Assembly (NCBI GenBank): GCA_039815185.1
Contig: JBCBZT010000005.1
Location: forward strand, 160,001-224,000
Length of the DNA stretch: 64,000 nt
Direction: 5' to 3'
Source: Cyanobacteria bacterium P01_A01_bin.123
GTDB taxonomy: Bacteria > Cyanobacteriota > Cyanobacteriia > Phormidesmidales > Phormidesmidaceae
In this document: positions 50,186-61,152 of the stretch, one piece after another
How the letters are laid out: each line of letters begins with the position of its first letter
Position numbering within the stretch: position 1 is the stretch's first letter
Program-made: the position numbers and the translations under genes
Notes under the pieces: model-generated
The model's database searches: none
Told to the model about the DNA's origin: nothing
The model's input: only the letters and a program-made list of their open reading frames with translations

Positions 50186-50632
50186 ATGGAGTTTAAGACA
50201 AAGACACAGCAAATCTGCTACGACCGTATTACGCCTTGGATGCATGATTTGTTCGGGGGAGCTGTGGTGACCTTTGAAGATGAGCCGCTGTTTATCGTCA
50301 ATTTCGGCTCAGCAGTGGCGTCGACCCGTGTAGTGGCTTGGAGTGAAGACGAAGCACTGATTACCACCCGTTCCTATGTGGTGACTGATGTTGAGATTAC
50401 GCCAGACCTTACTTATTACATGCTGCGAGAAAATAACGGTATTTATTTCGGACGGTTCGCCCTTGATAGCGAAAACGATATTGTGTTCGAGCATAGTCTA
50501 GTGGGGTCAACCTGCGATCAGATTGAGCTAAAGCACTCCGTGATGACCGTGATTCAGTTGGCTGATGACTATGATGACGAAATTGTGGCTCGCTGGGGCG
50601 GTAAACGCGCGCTCGATCGCTGGTCATCTTAA
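50186..50632 (+). CDS. YbjN/CesT-like chaperone-fold protein
   Basis: LRENN..FGRFALD; ADDYDDEIVARWGG. Confidence 0.75.
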   Translation: MEFKTKTQQICYDRITPWMHDLFGGAVVTFEDEPLFIVNFGSAVASTRVVAWSEDEALITTRSYVVTDVEITPDLTYYMLRENNGIYFGRFALDSENDIVFEHSLVGSTCDQIELKHSVMTVIQLADDYDDEIVARWGGKRALDRWSS

Positions 50633-50763
50633 GCTCAAAGCATTAAGTCTAGATGGCATTGATTCAGTGTATTTGCATTGATCAATCTATCTGCGTAGAA
50701 AATTGATCGTTTAACTTTGTAAACCTGAGCTAAATTTCTAAAAGCAGCAAAATTAGGTGGTCT

Positions 50764-51615
50764 ATGGGACGGCAATTGTGGATATGGGTCAGCAGCATCC
50801 TTGTCTTTTGTATGGTGGCCTTTGGTATTGTTCAATCCCCTGGGTTTAATCGACTCAAACCTGTTGAAAGTGTCACTGGATTACCACTGCTGGAGCAATC
50901 TACAGAAGCTGCCCTTGTCCCCGCAGCAGCTAATGATACGGAGTCAACCCAAGATTTGATTCCGGCAACGGCACCGACGTTGGCCCAGAGTGCTCCTAAC
51001 TATCAGCCCCTAGAAGAAATTGCCTTGGCCCATCCGACTAACTACGGCGATCGCTACGCCACAGACATCAATGGCCGCCCCGTTTTTAACCGCTTCATTG
51101 TCGTTATCCATGAAACCGTGGGGTCTGCCCGCAGCGCCATTAATCTGTTTCAAACCCCCCATCCGAATGATGCCGATCAGGTGAGTTATCACACCCTAAT
51201 TGCACAGGACGGTACTGTGATTTACATCGTGCCGCCAGAGAATCGAGCCTATGGTGCCGGTAATTCTGTCTTCGACGGCCCAGATGGCTTAGAGACTGTC
51301 GCCACCCATCCCACCCTGCCCCCCTCGGTCAATAATTTTGCTTATCACGTGTCTTTAGAGTCACCTGCCGATGGTCGGGGTCGGGGTAGCACTCACAGTG
51401 GCTACACCCAGGCCCAGTACGAATCCTTGGCCTGGCTGCTGGCCCGTACTGATATTCCCGATAATCGGATCACGACCCATCGATCGGTCGATCGCTCCGG
51501 TTCTCGTATCGATCCGCGCAGCTTTGATCCTAATCGCTTTTTAAGTCTGCTCCATCGCTATCCCATGCGGACGGCAGCAACAGATGCGATTGCGATGGAG
51601 GAAGTCAGAAGTTAA
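50764..51615 (+). CDS. N-acetylmuramoyl-L-alanine amidase (Amidase_2)
   Basis: IVIHET, SYH, RAYGAG, TTHR..DP. Confidence 0.88.
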   Translation: MGRQLWIWVSSILVFCMVAFGIVQSPGFNRLKPVESVTGLPLLEQSTEAALVPAAANDTESTQDLIPATAPTLAQSAPNYQPLEEIALAHPTNYGDRYATDINGRPVFNRFIVVIHETVGSARSAINLFQTPHPNDADQVSYHTLIAQDGTVIYIVPPENRAYGAGNSVFDGPDGLETVATHPTLPPSVNNFAYHVSLESPADGRGRGSTHSGYTQAQYESLAWLLARTDIPDNRITTHRSVDRSGSRIDPRSFDPNRFLSLLHRYPMRTAATDAIAMEEVRS

Positions 51616-51633
51616 GGCGAGCTCTCTAACAAA

Positions 51634-52029
51634 CTATTTCCTGAGCCAAATCAGCAGTGCAAAAATAGCAAGTAGGACTGCTTCTGTGCCCAGTAAACTG
51701 TTCAAAGTTTGAGCATCTCTGGGTTGAAGGACAAACTGCGATCGCAGCAAGGTGTAGGGCATAAATTGGAGTAGTGCAATTCCACTAAAGACAGCCCACA
51801 CTGACCACGCTAAGCCGCGCCATAACGCGATCGCGGCCACAACATCAAATATCAGCAGCAACACGTCCATGGCCTGCCAAAGCAATGGGGTTGATAACCA
51901 AGGCGTTCCGGTTAACCCCGCTATATTGCCGATATGGACGGTAGCCCCATATAAGAGAACGACTGCCATCAATTTGGCGTAAATTGCTGTCCACGGTTGT
52001 TGGAGTGCGGAACCAATAAGGTTGTTCAT
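51634..52029 (-). CDS. Membrane protein
   Basis: Four hydrophobic segments. Confidence 0.75.
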   Translation of the reverse strand: MNNLIGSALQQPWTAIYAKLMAVVLLYGATVHIGNIAGLTGTPWLSTPLLWQAMDVLLLIFDVVAAIALWRGLAWSVWAVFSGIALLQFMPYTLLRSQFVLQPRDAQTLNSLLGTEAVLLAIFALLIWLRK

Positions 52030-52113
52030 GGGTTTCTGTCCGTTTAGGCAGTTGTACTTGAGAGTACCTGTTGCAGCCGCACCGGATTATCCGTGATGAA
52101 ATAGATGGCTCAA

Positions 52114-53772
52114 TCATACCCCGTCAACCTTGAGCAGCGTATGTTCTGGCGTGACCTGGGATTTGGCCCTGGCAGCTGCTGTAAAGCCTTGGGGAATCGA
52201 AACCCCATTAGGTAGTTGGCTGGTGGTTAATAGCGCTCCCATTATGGCGCCCGCAATACCCGGCATGTAGACATCACTGCCGGTCATATAGAGCCCCGGC
52301 ATCGGTGTTTTGACTTGTGTCCAAGCGCGATTCTCAGGAGCAAATCGGGCCGATATCATGGGTAGTCCGTAGATGCTGCCTTTGGGATGGGCTGTAAAGT
52401 TCTCATTTGTCAGAGGAGTTGATACTTCGCAATAATCCACCAGATCAGAAAAACCTGGATACTCTCGTTCAACCATCGCCAACAGGACTGATTGGATACG
52501 TTGTTTCAGGGCCTTGTATTGGTGATCTCGGTGCAGCCAGGGCTGATCGCGCCATGGGGCAAAGCTGTCATAGTCGGCAAAGGCGATAATTTCAGCCGTG
52601 TGCTTTTTAGCATCAGGATCTTTAAGCGACGGGAAGGAGAGATAAACCTGGAGGGGTTCGCCATCTTGAATCCAATTCCGCTTCTGGTGATCGACAGCTT
52701 GGTGATCAAAGGTGTTGTAGATCCAGTGATTTTCGCCTTTAAACCCTAACTGGCGCGGATCGCCTGAGAAGCCAATGTATAGACCGACATTGGTCGCTAA
52801 AGATTGATGCTGGACAAACTGTTCTAAAGCCTCCCGGAAAGGAATTGGGTAGCGAGATGGAATAAATTTCAGATAGGTGTTGTAGGCGCCAGCATTGGAC
52901 ACCACAATGGGGGCGTAGTATTCCTCATACTTTTGATCTTTTGCTTTCAAGTTGCGCACTCGTACCCCAGCAGCTTGCCCACCATCTAGCAAAATCTCGG
53001 ACACTTCCCGATTGATCAAGACGTTGCCCCCCTGGGCTTCCACAATTTGCTGAACACTCTGAGCAATCTTGCCGGAGCCCCCGACAGGATAATAGCCGCC
53101 TTGTAAGTAGTGGCTAGCAATGGTGGCATGGAGGGCAAAGGGACTTTTCTCGGGTGGCAGTCCATAGTCTAGCCATTGGGATACCAGCAGTGCCTTGAGC
53201 TGAGGATCTTGAAAGTGCTGATCTAGATAGGTTTGGGTGGTCAGGCTTAAATTGATGCCGTGCCAGAGCTTAGCGATCGCACCCAACCCTTTAAACAAAA
53301 ACGATCCGTTGCGTTTGGCAGCATCGAGAAACAACGCCGCTGCTCCTTTATCAAGATCTTTGAAGTATTGGCGAATGGCATCGGCTTCAGCAGGGAATCG
53401 TTCGAGCAAATCAGCCTGGAAGCGTTGGGGGTCGCCATAGAGATCAAAGGTCAACCCCGGATAGACAAACTTTTCAAAGGGTTCTGGCATCTTGTGCCAT
53501 TGCACTTGGTGGTTCGTGATCAGATCAAATAGGTTGCGAATGCTAGACCCTTCATTCATTTGCCCCACATAGTGCAGCCCTGGATCCCAATGAAAGCCTT
53601 TGCGCTGAAAGGAATGGGTAAATCCACCCGCAACAAAGTGGCGTTCCAATATAAGCACTCGCTGCCCGCGCAGCTGAGCCATGAGGCTAGCGACGGTCAA
53701 TGCGCCAATACCAGAGCCGATCAAGATCAAGTCATAGTCTTTTCGAACGATAGATTCCATGGTGACCTCCAC
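52114..53772 (-). CDS. Phytoene desaturase/retinol saturase-like FAD oxidoreductase
   Basis: IGSGIGAL, LERH..GG, GLHY, STPLT, GLYMTG. Confidence 0.9.
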   Translation of the reverse strand: MEVTMESIVRKDYDLILIGSGIGALTVASLMAQLRGQRVLILERHFVAGGFTHSFQRKGFHWDPGLHYVGQMNEGSSIRNLFDLITNHQVQWHKMPEPFEKFVYPGLTFDLYGDPQRFQADLLERFPAEADAIRQYFKDLDKGAAALFLDAAKRNGSFLFKGLGAIAKLWHGINLSLTTQTYLDQHFQDPQLKALLVSQWLDYGLPPEKSPFALHATIASHYLQGGYYPVGGSGKIAQSVQQIVEAQGGNVLINREVSEILLDGGQAAGVRVRNLKAKDQKYEEYYAPIVVSNAGAYNTYLKFIPSRYPIPFREALEQFVQHQSLATNVGLYIGFSGDPRQLGFKGENHWIYNTFDHQAVDHQKRNWIQDGEPLQVYLSFPSLKDPDAKKHTAEIIAFADYDSFAPWRDQPWLHRDHQYKALKQRIQSVLLAMVEREYPGFSDLVDYCEVSTPLTNENFTAHPKGSIYGLPMISARFAPENRAWTQVKTPMPGLYMTGSDVYMPGIAGAIMGALLTTSQLPNGVSIPQGFTAAARAKSQVTPEHTLLKVDGV

Positions 53773-53899
53773 AAATTGAAACGAATTTCTAAAACTTCTC
53801 CAGCCGCCAGATCATGGGCTGGGAACAGGCGTTGTTCAGGTGATGAATCGTCAGCATTAGATGAGTCTCCTAGCTAAACCTCTAATCGCTAAACACCAG

Positions 53900-53953
53900 C
53901 ATGTTTACGCCGACAACATTAATTTAGCCCAGTATGTTGCTGGCGTAAACATG
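53900..53953. promoter_or_regulatory. TetR operator-like inverted repeat
   Basis: CATGTTTACGCC..CAACAT / ATGTTG..GGCGTAAACATG between divergent genes. Confidence 0.65.
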
Positions 53954-53997
53954 AGCGTCTAAAATCTTCACCAAGTCCTTTTGGAGTTACTCTGCTG

Positions 53998-54651
53998 ATG
54001 GCTAAATCCTCCGGTGAGAATCCCTACCATCACGGCGATCTGCGTCAATCATTGATCGATGCTGCATTAGCGTTGATTGCAGAGAAGCGGGATGCAAGCA
54101 CGTTGTCGTTGCGGGAAGTAGCCCGTCGAGTTGGGGTATCCCATGCAGCGCCCTATCGCCACTTTCCTGATAAGGACACTCTGTTAGCGGCTGTCGCGGA
54201 AGAGGGGTTTCACATCCTCACGCGCTGTTTACAAGGCGGTGTGGACAAGACGCCTGACGATCCGTTGCGTGAGTTGCAAGCAAGTGGGGTCGCGTATATC
54301 AAATTTGCACGTTCGCATCCTTCGCACTATCGCGTCATGTTTAGTGCGTTTCAGCCCAGTAATAATTCTGCTTATCCCTCGCTGAATACGGCTGCGCAGG
54401 CAGCATTTGCGGTGTTGTTGGATGCGATCGCAAATGGCCAGGCGATTGGCAAGATTAAGGGGGGCGACGCTCACCACTTGGCTTGGGTTACCTGGTCGTT
54501 AGTTCATGGGTTGGCTATGCTGTTGATTGAGCAACAGTTACCGATTGTCGATGAGCAGGATGTCGTTGCTTTGTCGGAGTTGGCAACACGATCTTTAATT
54601 CATGGCATACGCCCCGACGAGAAGAGCGCACCCACAATTCCAAACTTATAG
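53998..54651 (+). CDS. TetR family regulator (WHG-type C-domain)
   Basis: YHHGDLR, SLREVARRVGVSHAAPYRHF, WSLVHG. Confidence 0.93.
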   Translation: MAKSSGENPYHHGDLRQSLIDAALALIAEKRDASTLSLREVARRVGVSHAAPYRHFPDKDTLLAAVAEEGFHILTRCLQGGVDKTPDDPLRELQASGVAYIKFARSHPSHYRVMFSAFQPSNNSAYPSLNTAAQAAFAVLLDAIANGQAIGKIKGGDAHHLAWVTWSLVHGLAMLLIEQQLPIVDEQDVVALSELATRSLIHGIRPDEKSAPTIPNL

Positions 54652-54822
54652 AATAGAGCCACTTACAACGTTTGCTTGCCATGGCGATGATTTCTACCCA
54701 AGTTAGTAAGCTTGACTTAGACAATTTTGACGAGCAGACGAAAATCACAATATGTGTTTCGTTCTGTAAATATGATTGGCTCGCAGAAAAGAGTGTATAT
54801 ACATTTATCTTAGATGAGTTGA

Positions 54823-55296
54823 ATGCTAAAACGCTTACAGTTGAGTACCGAAACACTTCCAGCTGAATCAGCTTTGGTGGCGCGAGACTATTGCCTATGC
54901 AATCACTTGCGCAAGGCAGATCGGGTCATCAGGCAGATTTATGATGAGGCCCTACGACCCTATGGGCTCAAGGCTACCCAGTTCACCCTCTTAAACGCAA
55001 TTCGGCTACGGGAACCGATTAAGCAGACCGACCTAGCAGAAAGGATGGTGACTGATCGAACCACGCTAACCCGTAACCTGTCCTCCCTAGAGCGACAGGG
55101 CTTGGTTCAATTCCAGTCTGGAGCTGACCGTCGGGTGAAGGAAATCTCCCTGACTGCTCAGGGACATCAACGCTTGGCTGAAGCCTATCCCCACTGGAAA
55201 CAGGCGCAGACAAAAACGGAGGAATTACTCGGTAAACACCAAGTCAGCAAACTGTTGACAGAACTAAGCGAAATTACCCGCAAGCTGGGAGCTTAA
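54823..55296 (+). CDS. MarR family regulator
   Basis: CLC..LRKA.R, DRTTLTRNL, DRR. Confidence 0.9.
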   Translation: MLKRLQLSTETLPAESALVARDYCLCNHLRKADRVIRQIYDEALRPYGLKATQFTLLNAIRLREPIKQTDLAERMVTDRTTLTRNLSSLERQGLVQFQSGADRRVKEISLTAQGHQRLAEAYPHWKQAQTKTEELLGKHQVSKLLTELSEITRKLGA

Positions 55297-55789
55297 TTTT
55301 CCTCTTGAATACGTGTATATGCACTCTGTTTTTAGGAGCTAAATCATGACTAAACCACTCATATCGAACCTTAGCATCAGGCCCTGGGGCACTGGACTGT
55401 TAGCGAGTGATGAAATCCGAAAAGCCTTATCAGACAAGATTTTTAGGAGATTTTTCCGAAAACAGCTCAAATCCTTGCAAGCGGCGGCTTTTGACCACTT
55501 GTTACCTCTTTAGAGACCAGTGCCGACCAGCGCTATAAATGCAGTTTAAGCTTGGCAAAGCTGCAGAAAACTTGATAGATACGCAACAAAAATCAAGACA
55601 AGTATTGCGAAGTCCCCCGAAGAAAAATCATCCTCTGCCAGAAGAATTAAGGCCCGATTTGATGTACTATTTGGGTGGAAAAACCGAGAGGTTATCAGGC
55701 CATTTAGCGAGTGTTAAATGGCCTGATCTTAGAAGGTTGTGAGGACAGCAGAACCAATTTTTTTAGCTATCAATACACTGGGAAAAATA

Positions 55790-55993
55790 TTAGAATTCAA
55801 TTGAGTTTAGTGTTACCGTCGAACGAAATTTTTGAGCTAGAGCGTATTCGCCATAGTCGGCTAGATTATCGAGCCCAACCAGGGTCAAGAAAATTTCAGC
55901 TATCAGCCAAAGGCCAAAGTGGGCAGTGAGTTTTGTCCAATTGACGATCATCGCTAGCTCCTGGGTTGAGTTTGAGGGAGTTGGGGTAACCAA
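55790..55993 (-). CDS. Small cyanobacterial membrane protein
   Basis: WLIAEIFL..VGLDNLADYGE. Confidence 0.6.
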   Translation of the reverse strand: MVTPTPSNSTQELAMIVNWTKLTAHFGLWLIAEIFLTLVGLDNLADYGEYALAQKFRSTVTLNSIEF

Positions 55994-56306
55994 ACGTAGA
56001 TTTTGTCAGCAAGTCGCTGGGGTGACTGTTTCATTACCCATACCTCTCCACAGTTAGAACACCCAGGCGCTAACCAGAAGACACTTGTGGGAAATGCGGA
56101 TATTTGGGCAGGGGTATCATTTCGCACTCAGGAAAAACCGACAATGACACGCAGGTTTCAATTGGCCCGCCGGGCACTAACACGCTTAGCAAAATCGCAG
56201 GCAATAGCAAAAGTCCAGAAACAAAACCAGAAACAAAATATTTGATGACGGTTTTTATGAGGATTAACGCTTTGTTGAAATGGTTGGGAAATAATGATGA
56301 GACAGT

Positions 56307-56912
56307 TTAGAGTGCATCTCGGGTGGCCCCAGGCCGATAGGGCATTTCATACAGCAAATGGCTGACCAAGAGCTTTAGAAAAAACAGCGGCAGAAACCAT
56401 TCCAACCCTGGCGTCGGGACAAATAGATAGCGATCGCCCACCAATGCTAACCCGTATAACCCAAGCGCTACTGGACGTTGTAGATAGAGGGGAGACTGCA
56501 AAATTAGAATAGATGCCCCCAGCAGATAACCAGACACACTCCAAAAGAACCCCCAATCTGCCCCCCGAAAAAGCAGCACGACCAGCAAAATATGGATCAA
56601 GTGGATCGAAATGAATCCTAAATGCTGACGCCACCCTTGCCCTGGTCGGTGATACCAACGTTTGGCGCTGGCGGTGGCATTGGTCAGAATACCGCCGACT
56701 AGATCAAATCCAAACAGTGCCATTAGCCCTAATTGCAGTGATGACCACTGCACTGGCAGGGTTAGTGCGTAGGCTGGGGCGGCAACCCCAGCAATTAAAG
56801 ACGGCGCAACCTGCACGAGCAATTCTGAGGGGGTTGCCCCTGGGCCGACGAAGCGGTCGAGCCAACCTTTCCAGCCAGAACGAGGCGAGGGGTGAGTCCA
56901 ATTCGCGTTCAT
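56307..56912 (-). CDS. Membrane protein
   Basis: Multi-TM; D..GG..NAT...KRWYH. Confidence 0.8.
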   Translation of the reverse strand: MNANWTHPSPRSGWKGWLDRFVGPGATPSELLVQVAPSLIAGVAAPAYALTLPVQWSSLQLGLMALFGFDLVGGILTNATASAKRWYHRPGQGWRQHLGFISIHLIHILLVVLLFRGADWGFFWSVSGYLLGASILILQSPLYLQRPVALGLYGLALVGDRYLFVPTPGLEWFLPLFFLKLLVSHLLYEMPYRPGATRDAL

Positions 56913-56923
56913 ACCATTACCTC

Positions 56924-56961
56924 ACAACAGTTGTTATGCAAAATATATAACAACTGTTGTG
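56924..56961. promoter_or_regulatory. TetR operator-like inverted repeat
   Basis: ACAACAGTTGTTAT..ATAACAACTGTTGT. Confidence 0.7.
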
Positions 56962-56986
56962 ATAATGTGTCAACAGGCCGTCTAGC

Positions 56987-57634
56987 TTGAGTCAAAGGCT
57001 GCTCCCCATTTATTGTTTTGCTGATATGTCGATGCCCCAACGCGATCGCCGCCTTGAAGTGTCTGAAGCCGCCTGGCGTGTCATTGTCCGCGAGGGGTTA
57101 GATCGCACCAGTATGCGCGCGATCGCTCAAGAAATGAACTGTACTACAGGGGTTGTCACTCACTACTTCCGCGATAAGCAGGAAGTGATTCGATTTGCGC
57201 TAAATCAGGTGACGGAGCGGTTGCAAGTCCTGATGCAAACTGCTTTAGAGGATGTTTCGGGAACAGATCGACTGGTCAAACTATTGACTGTGTTTTTACC
57301 GTTCGATGCAGAACGACAGGATATTCTCAAAGTCTGGGTTGCTTTCTTGGGGTATGCCATTGGGCGTGATTCCCTAATGTCTGAGCATCAACAAAGTGCA
57401 GCTCAACTTCGAGAGGTGATTATTCAAGAGTTGAAGGCGTTACAGTCTGCCAACCTGATTCGAGCAGATGTAGCACCTGAGATTGAAGCCAATGCCCTGT
57501 TAGCGCTGGCGAATGGTGTCAGCCTCGATTCACTGATTCAGGCTAAACGTCTGAGCCCTGACCAGCAGCAGCTTGTGATTCAACGTTATGTCAATGAGTT
57601 GCTGACTAACCCTGCTGTTGTTGATCTTCGCTGA
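56987..57634 (+). CDS. TetR family regulator (BetI-like C-domain)
   Basis: SMRAIAQE..TTGVVTHYF. Confidence 0.9.
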   Translation: MSQRLLPIYCFADMSMPQRDRRLEVSEAAWRVIVREGLDRTSMRAIAQEMNCTTGVVTHYFRDKQEVIRFALNQVTERLQVLMQTALEDVSGTDRLVKLLTVFLPFDAERQDILKVWVAFLGYAIGRDSLMSEHQQSAAQLREVIIQELKALQSANLIRADVAPEIEANALLALANGVSLDSLIQAKRLSPDQQQLVIQRYVNELLTNPAVVDLR

Positions 57635-57889
57635 TAAATCTCGCCAACATCAGTGCGACAGATGTCCAGTAGCCCCGTTCAACGAACGCGATCCACGAAG
57701 TACCCCCCCCAAGCAAATACAACGCTGCTTGCTGCCGCTGGCCTGACTCAAGTTGGATTAGCTGCTGATCCGCCTTGTCCTCCCAAGTCTGTATAAGTTT
57801 GTTAAGCCTACGCCAAGTGAGGTAGCCGCGCACGGGCTCTACACCTTACACTGCAAAGCTAGCAGCATTGATTGAAGACGAGTGACCAC

Positions 57890-59707
57890 ATGGCGCTGAT
57901 TGTCCAAAAGTATGGGGGAACCTCGGTCGGTACCGTAGAGCGCATTCAAGCCGTGGCTAAACGCGTACTCAAAACGGTACAGGCGGGTAATGCAGTGGTG
58001 GTGGTGGTCTCAGCCATGGGCAAAACCACCGATGGCTTAGTCAAACTGGCTAACGAGATTACCCGCAACCCCAGCCGCCGCGAGATGGACATGCTGTTGT
58101 CCACTGGGGAGCAAGTTTCGATCGCACTACTGAGTATGGCCCTGCAAGCTCTGGATCAGTCGGCCACCTCCCTCACAGGGGCACAGGTGGGCATCGTCAC
58201 CGAAGCCGATCACACCCGCGCCCGTATTCTCAACATCAAAACCGACCGGATTGAACGCCACTTGCAAGATGGGGATGTGGTCGTCGTCGCTGGCTTTCAA
58301 GGCATTGCCCAATCAAACCAGCTAGAAATTACTACCCTGGGTCGGGGAGGTTCCGATACGTCAGCCGTGGCCTTGGCCGCAGCGCTGCAAGCAGACTGCT
58401 GTGAAATTTACACCGATGTACCGGGCATTCTAACGACCGATCCGCGCTTGGTGCCCGAAGCCCAGTTGATGCCGGAGATTACCTCCGATGAGATGCTGGA
58501 GTTAGCGAGTTTAGGAGCGAAAGTGCTGCATCCTCGGGCGGTGGAGATTGCTCGCAACTATGGGGTGCAATTGGTAGTACGCTCAAGCTGGACTGATGAA
58601 CCCGGTACGAAAGTTGTGTCTCCTATTCCCCACCCGCGCCCGTTGGATGGTTTGGAAATTGCCCATCCGGTAGATGCCGTGGAGTTTGATACTGACCAGG
58701 CAAAAGTAGCGCTACTGCGCATCCCCGATCGACCCGGGATAGCGGCGCGACTGTTTGGCGAAATTGCCCAGCAGACCCTAAATGTAGATTTAATTATTCA
58801 ATCCATTCACGATGGCAATAGCAACGATATTGCTTTTACGGTTACCCACGGTAATCTGACCCGGGCAGAGGCGGTAGCCACCGCGATCGCGCCTGTCTTA
58901 CGCAATACCCCAGACGCCATCGATGAAGCCGAGGTGATGATCGATCGGCGCGTGGCTAAGGTTAGCATTGCAGGTGCGGGGATGATTGGTCGTCCGGGGG
59001 TCGCTGCGCAAATGTTTTCAACCTTGGCGGCTGCTGGTATCAATATTCAGATGATCTCGACCTCTGAAGTCAAAGTTAGTTGCACAGTCGAAAATACAGA
59101 CTGCGATCGCGCTATTGTTGCCCTTTGCGAAGCCTTTAGCATTACTTCTTCACCCGTCAAACCTGAAGCGAAAGGTGCCCCGATTAATCCAGAAGATTTA
59201 CCCCCCGTTCGCGGTGCTGCCCTCGATCGCGACCAGGCTCGCCTTGCCATTCGCCAAGTGCCCGATCAACCGGGGATGGCAGCTCAGATTTTTCAGCTCC
59301 TGGCCGACTCCAATGTCAGCGTTGATATGATCATTCAGTCTCAGCGCAGCCGTCCTTTAGATGGCTACACCACCCGAGATATCGCCTTCACCGTGGCGCT
59401 AGGCGATGCTGAAAACGCCAAACAGGTGCTCGATCAGGTCAGGGCTGATATTGGCTATCGGGAGGTCGTACTTGACACTCAAATTGCTAAAGTCAGCGTG
59501 GTGGGCGTGGGCATGATCTACCGTCCTGGGGTGGCGGCAAAGATGTTTCGGGCGCTAGCCGATTTAGACATCAACATTCAAATGATTGCGACTTCTGAAA
59601 TCAAAATTAGTTGCGTGGTGGATGAAGTGGCAGGCGTCAATGCACTAAAAGCTATCCATAACGCCTTCGGTTTGTCTGGAACCCAGGCAGTCGTAGTGCC
59701 GGCGTGA
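57890..59707 (+). CDS. lysC: Aspartate kinase (cyanobacterial, four ACT domains)
   Basis: VQKYGGTSV, TTLGRGGSD, YTDV, ACT repeats. Confidence 0.97.
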   Translation: MALIVQKYGGTSVGTVERIQAVAKRVLKTVQAGNAVVVVVSAMGKTTDGLVKLANEITRNPSRREMDMLLSTGEQVSIALLSMALQALDQSATSLTGAQVGIVTEADHTRARILNIKTDRIERHLQDGDVVVVAGFQGIAQSNQLEITTLGRGGSDTSAVALAAALQADCCEIYTDVPGILTTDPRLVPEAQLMPEITSDEMLELASLGAKVLHPRAVEIARNYGVQLVVRSSWTDEPGTKVVSPIPHPRPLDGLEIAHPVDAVEFDTDQAKVALLRIPDRPGIAARLFGEIAQQTLNVDLIIQSIHDGNSNDIAFTVTHGNLTRAEAVATAIAPVLRNTPDAIDEAEVMIDRRVAKVSIAGAGMIGRPGVAAQMFSTLAAAGINIQMISTSEVKVSCTVENTDCDRAIVALCEAFSITSSPVKPEAKGAPINPEDLPPVRGAALDRDQARLAIRQVPDQPGMAAQIFQLLADSNVSVDMIIQSQRSRPLDGYTTRDIAFTVALGDAENAKQVLDQVRADIGYREVVLDTQIAKVSVVGVGMIYRPGVAAKMFRALADLDINIQMIATSEIKISCVVDEVAGVNALKAIHNAFGLSGTQAVVVPA

Positions 59708-60338
59708 GCCTTTGATGAACCCTATATTGGACGGTTGTTTCGACTATTAAAGCGGGGTTATCGCGATCGCCCGCTTTTCTAAGCTTGATTCATGATCAAG
59801 GTATGGAATAAAAGCTTGCGTGGGAGGTCACACGATGAAGTCGATTAGGCCAAGGGGATTAATCTGTGAGAGTCAGATTGTGATCCGAGGAAAATACTGA
59901 GTTGTGTTTTTTACAAAACTACAAGCTTCGTCACTGCATATCTCTAAACTGATTGCGCCCTAACAAGTGGCTCGAAGCTTGAGAAAATGAGCCAACTGCG
60001 ATCGCAGATTGAAGCTAAATCCCATCTAGGGGCAGGTTAGAAAAACGACGGTCTGGGGAATAGTTAAGTATCGAGCGAAATTATCCTGGATGGGGAGCAG
60101 TCAAAAGATTGCTCCTTTTTTTCTACATTTTGAACACTTTTCAATAGCGCTTTTCTAAACCTTCTCAACGGCCACTGGTAATCCGCGTAAATTGTGCTCT
60201 GTTCACATTTATATCGACATGTGAATCAGAAAACTGATCGTGAATCGAGTCGTTAGCCCTCAAAATACTGAGTGTCTGTTTAAACCCAGCCTTTAACGGG
60301 ATAGTCAAATCCTGGGTGAACTGATTACCAATACAGCG

Positions 60339-60761
60339 CTAATCTTGAACGTAATCTTCACCAGTGACCAAGGCCACTTCTGCGCGTACAAACTCCCGTC
60401 CCAGATAGGCTGCATGATCTAAATAAGAGAGCGGGCAGGGGTGATCTGGATTTTCAAAGATGGCAATGCACAACTCTTTTGCTGTGTGGCCTGTGTAAAT
60501 CCGGGTGTGGCTGCGCACTGGTTTTCCACGTGTGGGCAGGGGCTTGCCAGTGGCTGGGTCACAGGCTAGGCCTTTGTCATTGATCACATTCGTAAAATGC
60601 TTGGCGCAAATCAATTGTTGTTCGCGATCAAGGTAAATCAAAAAGTAGCCAGCGGGATCTAGCTCAATAAAGCGCTTGGATAACTTATCGTCTAAAGCCG
60701 CTAATGCTTCAGCGCTAGGTAATGCTGCATCGGGTTGAGGAGCTGTGATGGGGTCAGTCAT
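60339..60761 (-). CDS. DUF4346 family protein
   Basis: LDPAGYFLI..DHAAYLGRE..YVQD. Confidence 0.85.
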   Translation of the reverse strand: MTDPITAPQPDAALPSAEALAALDDKLSKRFIELDPAGYFLIYLDREQQLICAKHFTNVINDKGLACDPATGKPLPTRGKPVRSHTRIYTGHTAKELCIAIFENPDHPCPLSYLDHAAYLGREFVRAEVALVTGEDYVQD

Positions 60762-61152
60762 AGATCACTATGCCGTTTCTACGCGGCCTTCTATTGTAGC
60801 TTCTAGGAATTCCGCTATGCTGCCCTGCTTCAAAGTACTTTCCTGCTGATAGTCTCCATCTACAAGCTCTCGCAGTAGCGTTATAGAAAGTTACGGTGTC
60901 GCTTGCAAAGCTTTTTCTGCAAGGGGTAGTGCAAGCCCACTTGATTAGATCCCAGATATGAGGCTCTTTGTATTGCCCGTTCGGCACTTTTAAGTAGGGG
61001 AAGAATGAACGCAGTTGACATTAGGGCCTTTTTTTAGAGGCTTCAATTCGCCACAATAATTGATATTTGTTAGCTAATAGAGCGCTCAGGGAAAAATAAG
61101 GTAGTCTACACCGTCTCATCAAAATTAAGCAGAGCGAGAACCCAGGCTGACT